IMG/VR virus record: IMGVR_UViG_3300028591_000104
Span: 64,001 to 128,000 of that record
Origin: a virus
Taxonomy: Duplodnaviria > Caudoviricetes
Strand: one strand, 5' to 3'
DNA length: 64,000 nucleotides
Positions 30,801-39,705 of this stretch are shown here, piece by piece. The notes under the pieces were generated by a model. The model was given only the letters and a program-made list of their open reading frames with translations, had not been told where the DNA came from and did not search any database. Numbering within the stretch: the first letter of the stretch is position 1; each line of letters begins with the position of its first letter. The position numbers were made by a program, and so were the translations under genes.

Positions 30801-31756
30801 CTTTTGACTCAATGATGGATCGTAAATTTGCGATGGCATGGTATCTTTGGGAAACTTGCGATAAGAAAAAGCGTATTACCCTTCAGAATATGAATGGTTT
30901 AAAAACTTATGGTTTATTGCCAATGACGCCAGACTACATTCCATCTTTTAAGATTTATGAGTTTAATAGATATTTAAAAGCAAAATGTAAGTTAGATTCA
31001 GTTTCTTATCAATTAGATGAAAGAGGAATTGATTTTCTTGTTTCTATTGGTTATGACACCTTAATTAACCAAGACTCTACTTTAAAAATAAAAGAGTGGG
31101 ATAAAGTATATCAGAATGCGATGGACGTTTATCGTTTATGGATAAAAGAAAACCATGACCAGATATTAAAAGATTTAAATGTTAAGATATTTAAAGAAGA
31201 TTGGGACAAATATGCGACAGGTAACTTATCTTCTTGGGAAATGGACGTATTGTGTTTCTACTATCATGAGCACGAACTCGCGCACATTGATAAAGATAAA
31301 TATGGAATTGATGATTTTAATGATATTCCAGAAGAGCCTTTAGTAGAATATACTTTCCCTCGTGGTGGTATCTACATCCCGATTTATAAATTAAATAAGA
31401 TAATTGGAACAGTTATCGCAAGAGATAAAAATAAAGCTATAGTTTATCTTTTAACAACAGATGGCGTAGTTCCAGTTAAGTTCAGAAAAGAATATTTTGC
31501 ATTATTTGATAAGCAAATTTCTGAAAGGAACCCAGATGGTACAAAGACCGTTAAAGAAAAGAGTTGGTTTACTAGAGGAAATAAGATTATGGTAATGGGA
31601 ATAAGGAATAATGAAGAGTTTGTAGTTAAAAAATATGCTTCTTCTATAGGGCATCAATTATATAAGATAACTGATTATTTTGAAGATGGAACTTTAAATC
31701 TTACAAGTGATAGGTATCAAGGTGGAATAGAAGAAGAGGAAGGAGGAATGTCATGA
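27896..31756 (+). CDS. dnaE: DNA polymerase III alpha subunit (family C)
   Basis: PHP domain HNHTDFS/TEH/NDAHY, GRGSG, RFLNPDRVSVLDVDVD, HAGG, KYDLL, YGFNQSH; no TAG in 1286 codons. Confidence 0.95.
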   Translation: MKFPGSVHNHTDFSNFRLRDSINRVNTLIDYAIELGHDGIAFTEHETIANAIRIEEYRDKIKEKHPNFKIIRGNEIYLVRNDLTPENYDRTKDRYYHFILLAKDAEGHKQIRELSTRAWMRSYTQNNMVRVPTHYQDLIDIIKANPGHVIGSTACIGGALPTQLLRWRLLGDNRIYDACVKWCQNMVGIFGESNFFLELQPSFNKDQIFVNKELIKLSNKLNIPYIITNDAHYLKKEDAPIHAAFLRAQDGEREVEEFYSSTYLMSDDEVRNYLKDYITEEELQTAYQNIKKIIDMCEDYSIKKELTIPRLTWKEPTEEVTAEEKQFWSKKIPYIEKFLKSEYKEDVLLAENIIDRIRNDNELKNDRTCEEINACLEDTWVSSEKNNARWSAYFLNLQKIVDTCWDAGSLVGCGRGSGVGFILLYLLGITQINPLKEKTATYRWRFLNPDRVSVLDVDVDIESTKREQVLTKLREVYGEDRVANVLTLGTEQSKSAIQTAARGLGIDVDIARYLSSMIEADRGKTRTLAQTFYGDEENDIKPNKQFVYEMTNNYPELWKVAQKIEGLICRTGIHAGGVIFVDEPFTNSTALMRAPSGEIITQFELHDSEKASLIKYDLLSVEALDKIHICLDLLQEHDYIDDKGSLKATYEDTIGIYKLERTAEDMWKMCWEHKVLSLFQMEKQSGIKGIALLKPNSVDELAILNSTIRLMATEKGGEMPTEKLTRFKNNPKLWDAELRQYGLGPAEKAVIEPVVGISYGLCIAQEQFMQLVQLPELGGFSLTFADKLRKSIAKKNPADYEKITKEFFKETKEKGCNMQLCHYVWDVLIAMSRGYGFNQSHTLAYSLIGLQELNLAYKFPTIFWDTACLIANSGGEGASTDYTKLAQAIGTVRREGIKVGLPNINISQLGFEPDVASDQILFGLKAMLGIGDEVVESIIANRPYTSIKDFINKVKPKRSVMISLIKGGAFDSMMDRKFAMAWYLWETCDKKKRITLQNMNGLKTYGLLPMTPDYIPSFKIYEFNRYLKAKCKLDSVSYQLDERGIDFLVSIGYDTLINQDSTLKIKEWDKVYQNAMDVYRLWIKENHDQILKDLNVKIFKEDWDKYATGNLSSWEMDVLCFYYHEHELAHIDKDKYGIDDFNDIPEEPLVEYTFPRGGIYIPIYKLNKIIGTVIARDKNKAIVYLLTTDGVVPVKFRKEYFALFDKQISERNPDGTKTVKEKSWFTRGNKIMVMGIRNNEEFVVKKYASSIGHQLYKITDYFEDGTLNLTSDRYQGGIEEEEGGMS

Positions 31757-32082
31757 CCGCAACATTAATTATTATTTGGTCCATTTGTTTCTTATTTTGG
31801 CTTATTATGTGCGTCTCGGCTATTGTAGATCGTAGACCTTTAGCTGCCATAGCTTACGGTTTACTTACGATTCTTTGTTTTATGCTTACTGCCGTCTGTG
31901 CATACAAATTTGAGAATGAGACTTTAGAACCTACGACAGTTATTATTGTAAAAGATGTAAATGAAACTGAGGTATATGAAGATGCTACAATTAGCCGAAA
32001 GGCTTGTTACGTAGTAACAGATAAAGACGGAAATGAACATTTGTATTCTACAGATGTAGATTACATCAGAAAGGATAAGTAA
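31753..32082 (+). CDS. two-TM membrane protein
   Basis: Two hydrophobic segments; ATGA and TAATG overlaps. Confidence 0.65.
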   Translation: MTATLIIIWSICFLFWLIMCVSAIVDRRPLAAIAYGLLTILCFMLTAVCAYKFENETLEPTTVIIVKDVNETEVYEDATISRKACYVVTDKDGNEHLYSTDVDYIRKDK

Positions 32083-33293
32083 TGGAAAATAAATGGATAA
32101 GGGCGGCAGTCCCCGCCCTACTCATACATTGTTCTATTGGTACAGTGTATTGTTGGAGTACTTTTAAAGAGTCTATAGCTAATGCTATAGGAATGTCAAC
32201 ATTCTCGGTAGGTTGGGCTTTCTCGTTAGCAATATTCTTTTTAGGCATGTCAGCTGCATTCGCTGGTAAGATTGTGGAACTTAATATTCATAAATCTTCT
32301 TTAATTGCCGCAATTTGTTTTACTGTTGGTATGCTGGGAACTGGATTAACTATTAAGTTTTTCACTGGCCCATTAGCTTTAATTTTAATTTATTTATTTT
32401 ATGGTTGTATAATGGGAATTGGATTAGGCGTCGGATATCTAACTCCAGTTAAAACTTTAATGCTATGGTTTAAAGACCACAAAGGTTTAGCAACAGGTAT
32501 TTCTATTATGGGTTTTGGCCTTGCAAAAGCTATTGCAACACCAATTATGGAATTTCTTCAGAATAAATTTGGTATCACAGCCATGTTTGTTATTTTGGGG
32601 ATACTTTATTTTATAATGATGTTTGCTGGACACCTTCTTCTTCGTAAGCCAAAAGGATGGGTAGAAAGTAAAACAACTAATAATAGTTTTAAAGTTAGCT
32701 CAATGTTTAAAAATAAAATGTTTATTGGAATTTGGCTAATGTTTTATATAAACATTCATTGTGGTTTAATGTTAATTACTTATGAAAAACAGTTACTTAA
32801 TACTAAGTTTATGGGCGCAGCGGCCTTGCCTCTTATAATCAGCATCATACCTTCGGTTACTGCGGTATGCAATGCCCTCGGCCGCATCGGTTATTCTACA
32901 GTATCCGATAAAATGAAAGATAGAGCTACTGTTTATCAAATTATTTTTATCTCATGCGTTGCGATTTGTCTCTTGACTTTAGGAATAAATTTTGGTATAA
33001 TAATTATAGCATTGTTAATGATAGTTAATCTTGGTTATGGTGGTGGTTTTAGTACTTTACCTGCTCTGTTGGACTCAAGATTTGGAATGGAAAATATTTC
33101 TAAAATCCACGGTCTTGCGCTATCCGCCTGGGCAATAGCTGGACTCACTGGTAACAACCTTTCAGAAATTATACTGAAAAATACTAATAATAATTATAAC
33201 ATTGTAATTTCAGTAGCTATGGTACTTTATGCAGTTGCATTATTAATTTGTATAACAATGACTACTAAAAAGAGGATAAAAAATTATGAATGA
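32082..33293 (+). CDS. MFS transporter, oxalate/formate antiporter (OFA/OxlT)-like
   Basis: About 12 TM; IGTVYCWS, GIGLGVGYLTPVKTLMLWFKDHKGLATGISIMGFG, NALGRI, YGGGF. Confidence 0.85.
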   Translation: MENKWIRAAVPALLIHCSIGTVYCWSTFKESIANAIGMSTFSVGWAFSLAIFFLGMSAAFAGKIVELNIHKSSLIAAICFTVGMLGTGLTIKFFTGPLALILIYLFYGCIMGIGLGVGYLTPVKTLMLWFKDHKGLATGISIMGFGLAKAIATPIMEFLQNKFGITAMFVILGILYFIMMFAGHLLLRKPKGWVESKTTNNSFKVSSMFKNKMFIGIWLMFYINIHCGLMLITYEKQLLNTKFMGAAALPLIISIIPSVTAVCNALGRIGYSTVSDKMKDRATVYQIIFISCVAICLLTLGINFGIIIIALLMIVNLGYGGGFSTLPALLDSRFGMENISKIHGLALSAWAIAGLTGNNLSEIILKNTNNNYNIVISVAMVLYAVALLICITMTTKKRIKNYE

Positions 33294-33435
33294 AGAGCAA
33301 AGAAGAGAAGTGGAAAGGGAAGAGATTGATACATCTCTTCCCCCTTCAGAACTCCAAAGTTATGCGATAATGCGCAAACTTGGACAAATGAAAAACTTAG
33401 AACATTACTATGAAAGAGAAGACGAGTGGAATTAA
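33286..33435 (+). CDS. small hypothetical protein, 49 aa
   Basis: AGAGG RBS, ATG 33286, TAA 33433-35; below track cutoff. Confidence 0.55.
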   Translation: MNEEQRREVEREEIDTSLPPSELQSYAIMRKLGQMKNLEHYYEREDEWN

Positions 33436-33474
33436 TCCAGAACAAGTAATTATCTTAAATAATTTTTCATAATA
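33434..33474 (+). promoter_or_regulatory. degenerate class II motif upstream of nrdD
   Basis: GTAATT-N12-TTTTCATAAT matches 3' two boxes; 5' box divergent. Confidence 0.4.
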
Positions 33475-33525
33475 TTAAAGGTCAGACCTTAGAAATGACC
33501 TAAAATAGCAAAGGAGAAAAGAATT

Positions 33526-35781
33526 ATGGTAGTAATGATTCAAAAGAGAGATGGGAGAACAGTTCCCTTTAGTCGTGAAAAGATTGAGTCTGCTGTATTA
33601 AAAGCTTTTAAAGCAGTTGACTTTGAAATTAGCGACTATGCTTTAACAAAAGCAAGTAGTATAGCAGATTAGATAGAAAAGGTTGCTTATACTAAAACTT
33701 TAACGGTCGAAGAAATCCAGGACATGGTGCAAGCCGGTCTTATGAAAACTCGTAGACCAGATGTGGCGCAAGAATTTGTAACTTATCGTTATGAAAGACA
33801 GAAGGCTAGAGAGCAGCGTTCAACTCTTATGAAGAAGATTGGTGAAAAGCTTACTGCATCAGCAGTGGCTAACCAAAATGCTAATGTAGATGAACGAAGC
33901 TTTGGTGGCAGAAAAGGCGAAGCAGATAGTGTGCTTATGAAGAAATATGCTTTAGATAATATAATTTCTCCTAAAGCTAGATTCCTTCACGAAAATAATG
34001 AAGTGTATATTCACGACCTTGATGCTTAGGCTGTTGGCATGCACAATTGTCTGTCGGTACCTTTCGACGATTTACTTGCAAAAGGTTTTAACACAAGACA
34101 AACAGATGTTCGTCCTGCAAATTCTATAAATACAGCTTTTCAATTAGTAGCAGTTTTATTCCAGCTTCAGAGTCTACAACAGTTTGGCGGAGTGGCGGCT
34201 ACTCATCTTGATTGGACAATGGTTCCTTATGTGAGAAAGAGCTTTGCAAAGCACTATAAAGATGGTTGGACTTATATAGAGAATAAACCAATAGAAGAAA
34301 TAGATTATGAAATAGAAAATATGCTTACTAATTGCACCGATTATTCTATTGATGACCCAGAATATAAAGCATATAATGAAAAAATTTATAATTATGCAAT
34401 ACAGATGACTACACGGGAACTTAACCAGGCGGTCGAAGGTATGTATCACAATCTAAATACATTACAATCACGTAGCGGGAATCAATTACCCTTCACCTCT
34501 GTGAATTACGGCACCTGCACTTCTATGGAAGGACGTATGGTGATAAAAGCATTGCTTGAAGGTAGTTTAAAAGGTGTAGGTAAGTTCCACAAAACACCGA
34601 TATTCCCCTGTGGTATATTTCAATTGGGTAAGGGGATAAATAGAGAACCAGGAGATCCTAATTATGATTTATATCAATTAGCTATAAAGTCAACAGCTCA
34701 AAGACTTTATCCTAATTATGCTAATATAGATTGGTCAGGCAACGCGGGTTAGGATAAGAATGATCCCCGGACATAGTTCAGTACGATGGGGTGCAGGACA
34801 GCGAACGGTTGGGATGTGAACGGATTTGGGCAACTTAAAGATGGTCGTGGAAATATATGTCCTGTCACAATTATAATGCCTACACTTGCTATGGAAGCTA
34901 TTACACAAGAGGATGAAGATCCTGTTGAATATTTTATGAAACTATTAGATACTCGTATCCATGATGCAAAGGATATGCTTATTGAACGTTTTGAATATAT
35001 TTGTTCTCAAAGTCCAGAAAGTGCTAAATTTATGTATGAAAATGGTACTATGGCTGGATATATTCCTGAGGAGGGGATTAGATCAGCACTTAAGCATGGG
35101 ACTTTAGCTTTGGGCCAATTAGGTCTTGCTGAGACTTTACAAATATTAATTGGTAAAGACCATACAACAGATAGCGGTATGGAACTAGCCAAGAGAATAG
35201 AACAATTATTTAAAGATAGATGTGCAGAATTTAAAAAGAAATATAGTTTAAATTTTGGTGTGTATATGACCCCGGCGGAGAACCTTTGCTATACGGCTAT
35301 GCAGAAGTTCAAAGACAAGTGGGGAGAATTAGAAAACATATCAGATAAAGATTACTTTACTAATTCAATTCATGTTCCTGTTTGGAAGGAAATCAATCCT
35401 TTTGAAAAAATTGATATTGAAAGTCAATTAACAGGTTATAGTTCTGCTGGATGTATCACCTATGTAGAACTTGATGCAGGAGTTAAAAATAATCTTGAAG
35501 CCGTTGAACAGATTATAAACTATGCTATGGATAAAGATATACCTTATTTTGCTATTAATGTTCCTAATGATTTATGTTTAGGATGTGGATATACCGATGA
35601 AATTGGAGAAAAATGTCCACAGTGCGGTTGTACCAATATTCAGAGATTACGTCGTGTGACTGGATATTTGACCGGCGATTATAAAACCGCATTTAATCTT
35701 GGTAAACAACAAGAAGTTGAAATGCGTTATAAGCATAGTAAAAAGTTAAGAGGTTGGTGCAATGAGAATAGCAAGGATTGA
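33526..35781 (+). CDS. nrdD: anaerobic (class III) ribonucleotide reductase, 751 aa, TAG at 33670, 34027, 34750, 34774
   Basis: ATP cone (IQKRDGRTVPF..EKI), YIHDLDA*AVGMHNC, QFGG, LYPNY, FSTMGCRT, TPAENL, YFTNS, CxxC/CPQCG, glycyl-radical RRVTGYL. Confidence 0.95.
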
Positions 35782-36265
35782 TAGTTGTGATATAGCCAAT
35801 GGCCCAGGCGCTAGATTAAGCGTCTGGGTGAGCGGCTGCTCACATCATTGTAAAAATTGTTTTAATTCTGAATTATGGGATTTTGAAAAAGGTATAGAGT
35901 ATAATGATACCATAGAGCAAAAAATAATAGTTGATTTAGGTAGAGAATATATAACAGGATTAAGCATTCTAGGAGGAGACCCGCTAGAACCAATTCACCA
36001 AAAGGACATTTGCAAACTAGTCCAAAAGGTTAAAGAAAAATATCCTAATAAAACAATTTTTATGTGGACAGGTTATCTTTGGGAAGAAATAAAAGACTAT
36101 GAAGTTTTAAAATATATAGATGTTTTGATAGATGGACCTTTTATTGAAGAATTAAAAGATTTATCTTTGCCCCTTAGAGGATCTTCAAATCAAAGAATTA
36201 TTGACGTCCAACAGTCATTAAAAAATAACGAGGTAATGGAGGATAAAAGATGGCAGAAAACATAA
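35762..36265 (+). CDS. nrdG: class III RNR activase (radical SAM)
   Basis: DIANGPGAR, GCSHHCKNC, GGDPL, DVLIDGPF, RGSSNQR. Confidence 0.93.
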   Translation: MRIARIDSCDIANGPGARLSVWVSGCSHHCKNCFNSELWDFEKGIEYNDTIEQKIIVDLGREYITGLSILGGDPLEPIHQKDICKLVQKVKEKYPNKTIFMWTGYLWEEIKDYEVLKYIDVLIDGPFIEELKDLSLPLRGSSNQRIIDVQQSLKNNEVMEDKRWQKT

Positions 36266-36588
36266 ATCATCCATCATATTATGGAGGAGAATCAAATCCT
36301 TATGAAGCTATTAAAGTGATAGAGGCTTGGGGATTAGATTTTTGTCTTGGTAATACAATAAAATATATTTCTAGAGCTGGATATAAAAATCCTGAGACTG
36401 AAATAGAAGATTTAGAAAAAGCTGCTTGGTATTTAAACCATTATATTGAAAGTTTAAAAAAAGACCAAGAGAAGAAACAAAAAGAAAATATTAAATCTTA
36501 TCCTTATGGTTTTTGTAAAGATGAGTCATTGGCTGCCAAGTATCACGGCTTTACTAGAGAAGATGGAACGAGGTTTGAAGTAAAATGA
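36250..36588 (+). CDS. DUF3310 / T7 gp1.7-like protein
   Basis: NHPSYY, GNTIKYISRAG.K, EDLEKAAWYL. Confidence 0.8.
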   Translation: MAENINHPSYYGGESNPYEAIKVIEAWGLDFCLGNTIKYISRAGYKNPETEIEDLEKAAWYLNHYIESLKKDQEKKQKENIKSYPYGFCKDESLAAKYHGFTREDGTRFEVK

Positions 36589-37100
36589 TTACAGTAGATA
36601 GTTTATCAATTTTAAACAGTCTTAAAATTAAAGAGATTGGTGACACAGCTTATGTTAATAAAGAGCAGAAGGTGTATGAATATACAGAGGGCGGCTGGGC
36701 GCCTAAAGCACTGCCAGAGGGCAAGATTAATTTATCTGTTTATGATATGAATAAGCAGATTGTATCACAACTTGGAGTAGCAGATGACATCTCTCTCCTA
36801 ACCCCCGTCCGCAAATTTAAAAATAAGGGTGGAAAGTATTTCATGCTCATATGTCGTGATATTAACTACTATACTCTTTTCGCTACTATTGGAGATGATA
36901 AGATCCCCCTTGAACCGCCAGAAAGGATTGAAAAAGAAGTGCTGGCTTGTGTAAAGGATATCGGAGAGCTCCGTTCAGCAGAGGAAATTGAAGGTACAGA
37001 AGCTGTAGAAATTTGGGTGCAGCCTAAAGAAGAATATGGACCTGACCCATTAGTTATGTATTTCTTTAATTATGATAAGGGGGTAATCAGATGTCGGTAA
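36585..37100 (+). CDS. hypothetical protein
   Basis: ATGA overlap, TAA stop. Confidence 0.7.
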   Translation: MITVDSLSILNSLKIKEIGDTAYVNKEQKVYEYTEGGWAPKALPEGKINLSVYDMNKQIVSQLGVADDISLLTPVRKFKNKGGKYFMLICRDINYYTLFATIGDDKIPLEPPERIEKEVLACVKDIGELRSAEEIEGTEAVEIWVQPKEEYGPDPLVMYFFNYDKGVIRCR

Positions 37101-37363
37101 AACATACTTAGGTAGTTAATTTTACTAACTTTACCTTATAGGCAAGTATTTTTAATTATGTAGAAGGAAATGATGTTGTTATAGAGCATGTTCCTCACAA
37201 TCAAACAGTAGATTTTTTAAAAGAAAAAATCGCGACTAAAGATGTAGAGCAGATAAAATTAGTAGGGCCGAAATCTTACACGGAAAATATAAAAAATCAA
37301 CTATACAGTTCACTAGAGTTCAGTGAAAACCCAATAAAAATAGAGTTAACGGAGGAATTTTAA
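37091..37363 (+). CDS. hypothetical protein, 90 aa, TAG at 37109 and 37139
   Basis: AAGGGGGT RBS, MSVKHT*VVNFTNFTL*ASIF..., fills the gap between neighbours exactly; absent from track. Confidence 0.7.
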
Positions 37364-37366
37364 TTT

Positions 37367-37612
37367 ATGAAGTATTTAGTACAAACAGTAGAAACTTATA
37401 GAGTAGAATCAGAATCACAGGCAGCCGCCCTTATCGAGGAGGCTAAGCAGGACCGCAATTTTATTCTCACCAAGTATAATTGTGAACATAAGGAGAAGAA
37501 ACAGAAGGGAGAAGTCATAGATTCATGGTATCGTGTAACTTTAACTAAATTTTTTACCGACGAACGTGAGCCTGCACTTAACCACAAAATAACTTATGAG
37601 GTAGATGCGTAA
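37367..37612 (+). CDS. hypothetical phage protein
   Basis: GGAGG RBS; TAATG coupling to dUTPase. Confidence 0.75.
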   Translation: MKYLVQTVETYRVESESQAAALIEEAKQDRNFILTKYNCEHKEKKQKGEVIDSWYRVTLTKFFTDEREPALNHKITYEVDA

Positions 37613-38310
37613 TGGACGAAGAAAATAAGGTTACAAATCCAGAAGAGCCTGATGTATGGGGTGGTGTTCCAGTAGAAGAAAGAATGAATTATATTGACCC
37701 CATTACCTATGGCAAAATTGAAAGTAATGAATATGGTTTAAATTTCAGAGTATGGGATAACAACAAGAAGGCTCATACTTATTTTGAAAAAGTAAGTAGA
37801 TTTGCGGATACAGATTTAATTACACCTATGCGAAAAACTCTTTTCTCTGCTGGATATGATATGGCGGCCGCGGAGGATATTGTGATTCCATCATACCAGA
37901 AGCTAATGAATAAGTTCCAGGCTGATGAACCGGGAGCAGTATATAGCTTAAATGAAATGAGCTCTATAACTAAAGCCTATAAGATTAAACCCACTCTTAT
38001 TTCTACTGGTTACAAGTGTCGTATAAATGGAGACCAATTTATTCAACTTTCTATTCGTTCAAGTTCCCCTCTTAAATATTGGCTTGTGTTGGCTAATGGC
38101 GTGGGTATAATCGACGCAGATTATTATAACAACCCCGATAATGAAGGTGAGATTTTCTTCCAGGTTATTAATCTTTCACCTTTTAATATTCAAATTAAAA
38201 AGGGTGACATTATTGGTCAAGCTATTGTTATGAATTATAATACTTTAGATATTGATATATCAGGAGGACTGCGCAATGGGGGCTTTGGCAGTACAACTAC
38301 TCAGTCTTGA
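37612..38310 (+). CDS. dut: trimeric dUTPase
   Basis: SAGYD, RSS, GIIDADYY, GDIIGQ, RNGGFGST. Confidence 0.9.
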   Translation: MDEENKVTNPEEPDVWGGVPVEERMNYIDPITYGKIESNEYGLNFRVWDNNKKAHTYFEKVSRFADTDLITPMRKTLFSAGYDMAAAEDIVIPSYQKLMNKFQADEPGAVYSLNEMSSITKAYKIKPTLISTGYKCRINGDQFIQLSIRSSSPLKYWLVLANGVGIIDADYYNNPDNEGEIFFQVINLSPFNIQIKKGDIIGQAIVMNYNTLDIDISGGLRNGGFGSTTTQS

Positions 38311-38770
38311 CCAAAGCACACGCGTTTCCGGCTGGGCAGTGTTCGGACAAGAGGGGCTCGAAGATTGCGGAAAGTTCGAAGCCTCCGGAGAAATTGGAGA
38401 GCGATTAGTATATATTAAAGAAGAAATTATTTCTCTTATAGAAAAATAGAACATAACTAAAGTAGCATTTGAAGATATTCAGTTGCAGAATAATGTAGTT
38501 AATAACGTAGTAACTTATAAAAATTTGGCTATGGTTTTTGGAGTTATTTTAGAATATCTCGAAGAAGAAAATATTCCTTATGAAATAGTTCCTTCATCAA
38601 CCTGGAAAAGTAAATTAGGAATAAAAGGAAGAACAAGACCTGAACAGAAAAAGGCAGCTCAACAATAGGTATTAGATACTTATAAAGTTAAAGCTTCTCA
38701 AGATACTTGTGATGCAATTTGTATCGGAGCTTCAACTTTAATAGTTGAAGGACATGATTGGTCAACTTAA
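38276..38770 (+). CDS. ruvC: RuvC-like Holliday junction resolvase, 164 aa, TAG at 38447 and 38666
   Basis: LSLDQSTRVSGWAVF, IEK*NITKVAFEDIQ, PSSTWKS, AQQ*VLDTY, DTCDAICIG. Confidence 0.85.
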
Positions 38771-38800
38771 TATAATTATCAATTTTATTTTTTTAATATA
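38760..38800 (+). promoter_or_regulatory. class II motif, putative phage-specific promoter
   Basis: GGTCAA-N6-ATAATT-N12-TTTTTAATATA. Confidence 0.55.
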
Positions 38801-38832
38801 AACGGAGGAATGAGAATTCTTCCGTTTATATT
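38795..38832 (+). terminator. 17-bp stem with GAGA tetraloop (terminator or stabilising hairpin)
   Basis: AATATAAACGGAGGAAT-GAGA-ATTCTTCCGTTTATATT. Confidence 0.6.
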
Positions 38833-38855
38833 TATTTGAAAGGAAGTACAGAGTT

Positions 38856-39254
38856 ATGTTAGAATGGTTGGCCAAGTACTGGTTAGAAGTAGTTTTTGGC
38901 TTAATCCTTGCAGGCTTTGGCTGGGGCGGAAGACAACTTGTTCACTTTTATGTTAAAGAAATGAAAAACATGCTTAAAGAAACCGAAGAGCGTATTCTTA
39001 ACCAGAGAGAAGAAAGGGATAGACAATATGAAAAGAAAATTGATGAAATAAGAAATGGATTATTGTCTGTCCAAGGTCAGTCTTTTAAGGAAAAATGTCA
39101 TAAACTTTTATCTCAAGACCATCAAATTGATGTAGAGGAGTTAGAAAACATTACGAGAGATCATGATGCCTATAAAGGTTTAGGGGGTAATCATGAAGGA
39201 GACACGCTTTTTAGTTTAATAATTGAAAAGGCAAAAAAAGATATTACCCAATAA
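38856..39254 (+). CDS. membrane-anchored coiled-coil protein, lysis-accessory-like
   Basis: N-terminal TM, coiled coil, YKGLGGNH motif seen in phage lysis-region proteins. Confidence 0.55.
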   Translation: MLEWLAKYWLEVVFGLILAGFGWGGRQLVHFYVKEMKNMLKETEERILNQREERDRQYEKKIDEIRNGLLSVQGQSFKEKCHKLLSQDHQIDVEELENITRDHDAYKGLGGNHEGDTLFSLIIEKAKKDITQ

Positions 39255-39299
39255 GAAAAAGGGGCAATTAGAAATTAATCTAATTGCCCCTCTTTTTTT
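39255..39299. terminator. bidirectional terminator between convergent arms
   Basis: A-run, AGGGGCAATTAGA...TCTAATTGCCCCT, T-run. Confidence 0.88.
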
Positions 39300-39693
39300 A
39301 TGCCTGTTTATTTAAATTAACCTGAGCTTCAATTTGAGTATTAATATATTTGTTCAAATCTCCATAGGCTAATTCAAGATATTTCTTACCTTCTTCGGTA
39401 AGTGTGGCAAGTACAGCATTTTTTGTCTTATCAAAGGCTTTAAGCTGTGCTTCTTTATCAAACCTACCCTCTTTCTTAAGAGTTTCTACATAAGTTTGAT
39501 TTGTAGCAATAACACAGGTAGAAATTGTATCAGCCAACTGGTCAATATACTTTTTAATTAAGTCATTTTCTGTCTGTGTCTTAATTTTTTCTTTCTGTAC
39601 ATTGATGTACTTAACTAGATAAGCGGTTAAAACTCCAAGAAGGGGTAATATACATACCTTGAAAATTTCACTTAAAATTTCTGCCCAATTCAT
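39298..39693 (-). CDS. putative holin (LL-H-like)
   Basis: Single N-terminal TM, QTYV..LK, C-terminal IEAQV; end of structural operon. Confidence 0.65.
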   Translation of the reverse strand: MNWAEILSEIFKVCILPLLGVLTAYLVKYINVQKEKIKTQTENDLIKKYIDQLADTISTCVIATNQTYVETLKKEGRFDKEAQLKAFDKTKNAVLATLTEEGKKYLELAYGDLNKYINTQIEAQVNLNKQA

Positions 39694-39705
39694 ATAATTT
39701 CCTCC

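Noticed and set aside
14111-35781. Split ligA, thyX, recJ and nrdD as pseudogenes of a decaying prophage
   Set aside because: Only TAG interrupts frames; no frameshifts or internal TAA/TGA were found, and catalytic motifs are intact.
10528-38770. TAG=Gln (genetic code 15), the usual phage amber recoding
   Set aside because: Recognisable sites (LYCTN, PRTYFSTMGC, TAPLY, IYLVP) are aromatic Tyr positions; none of the interpretable sites looks like conserved Gln.
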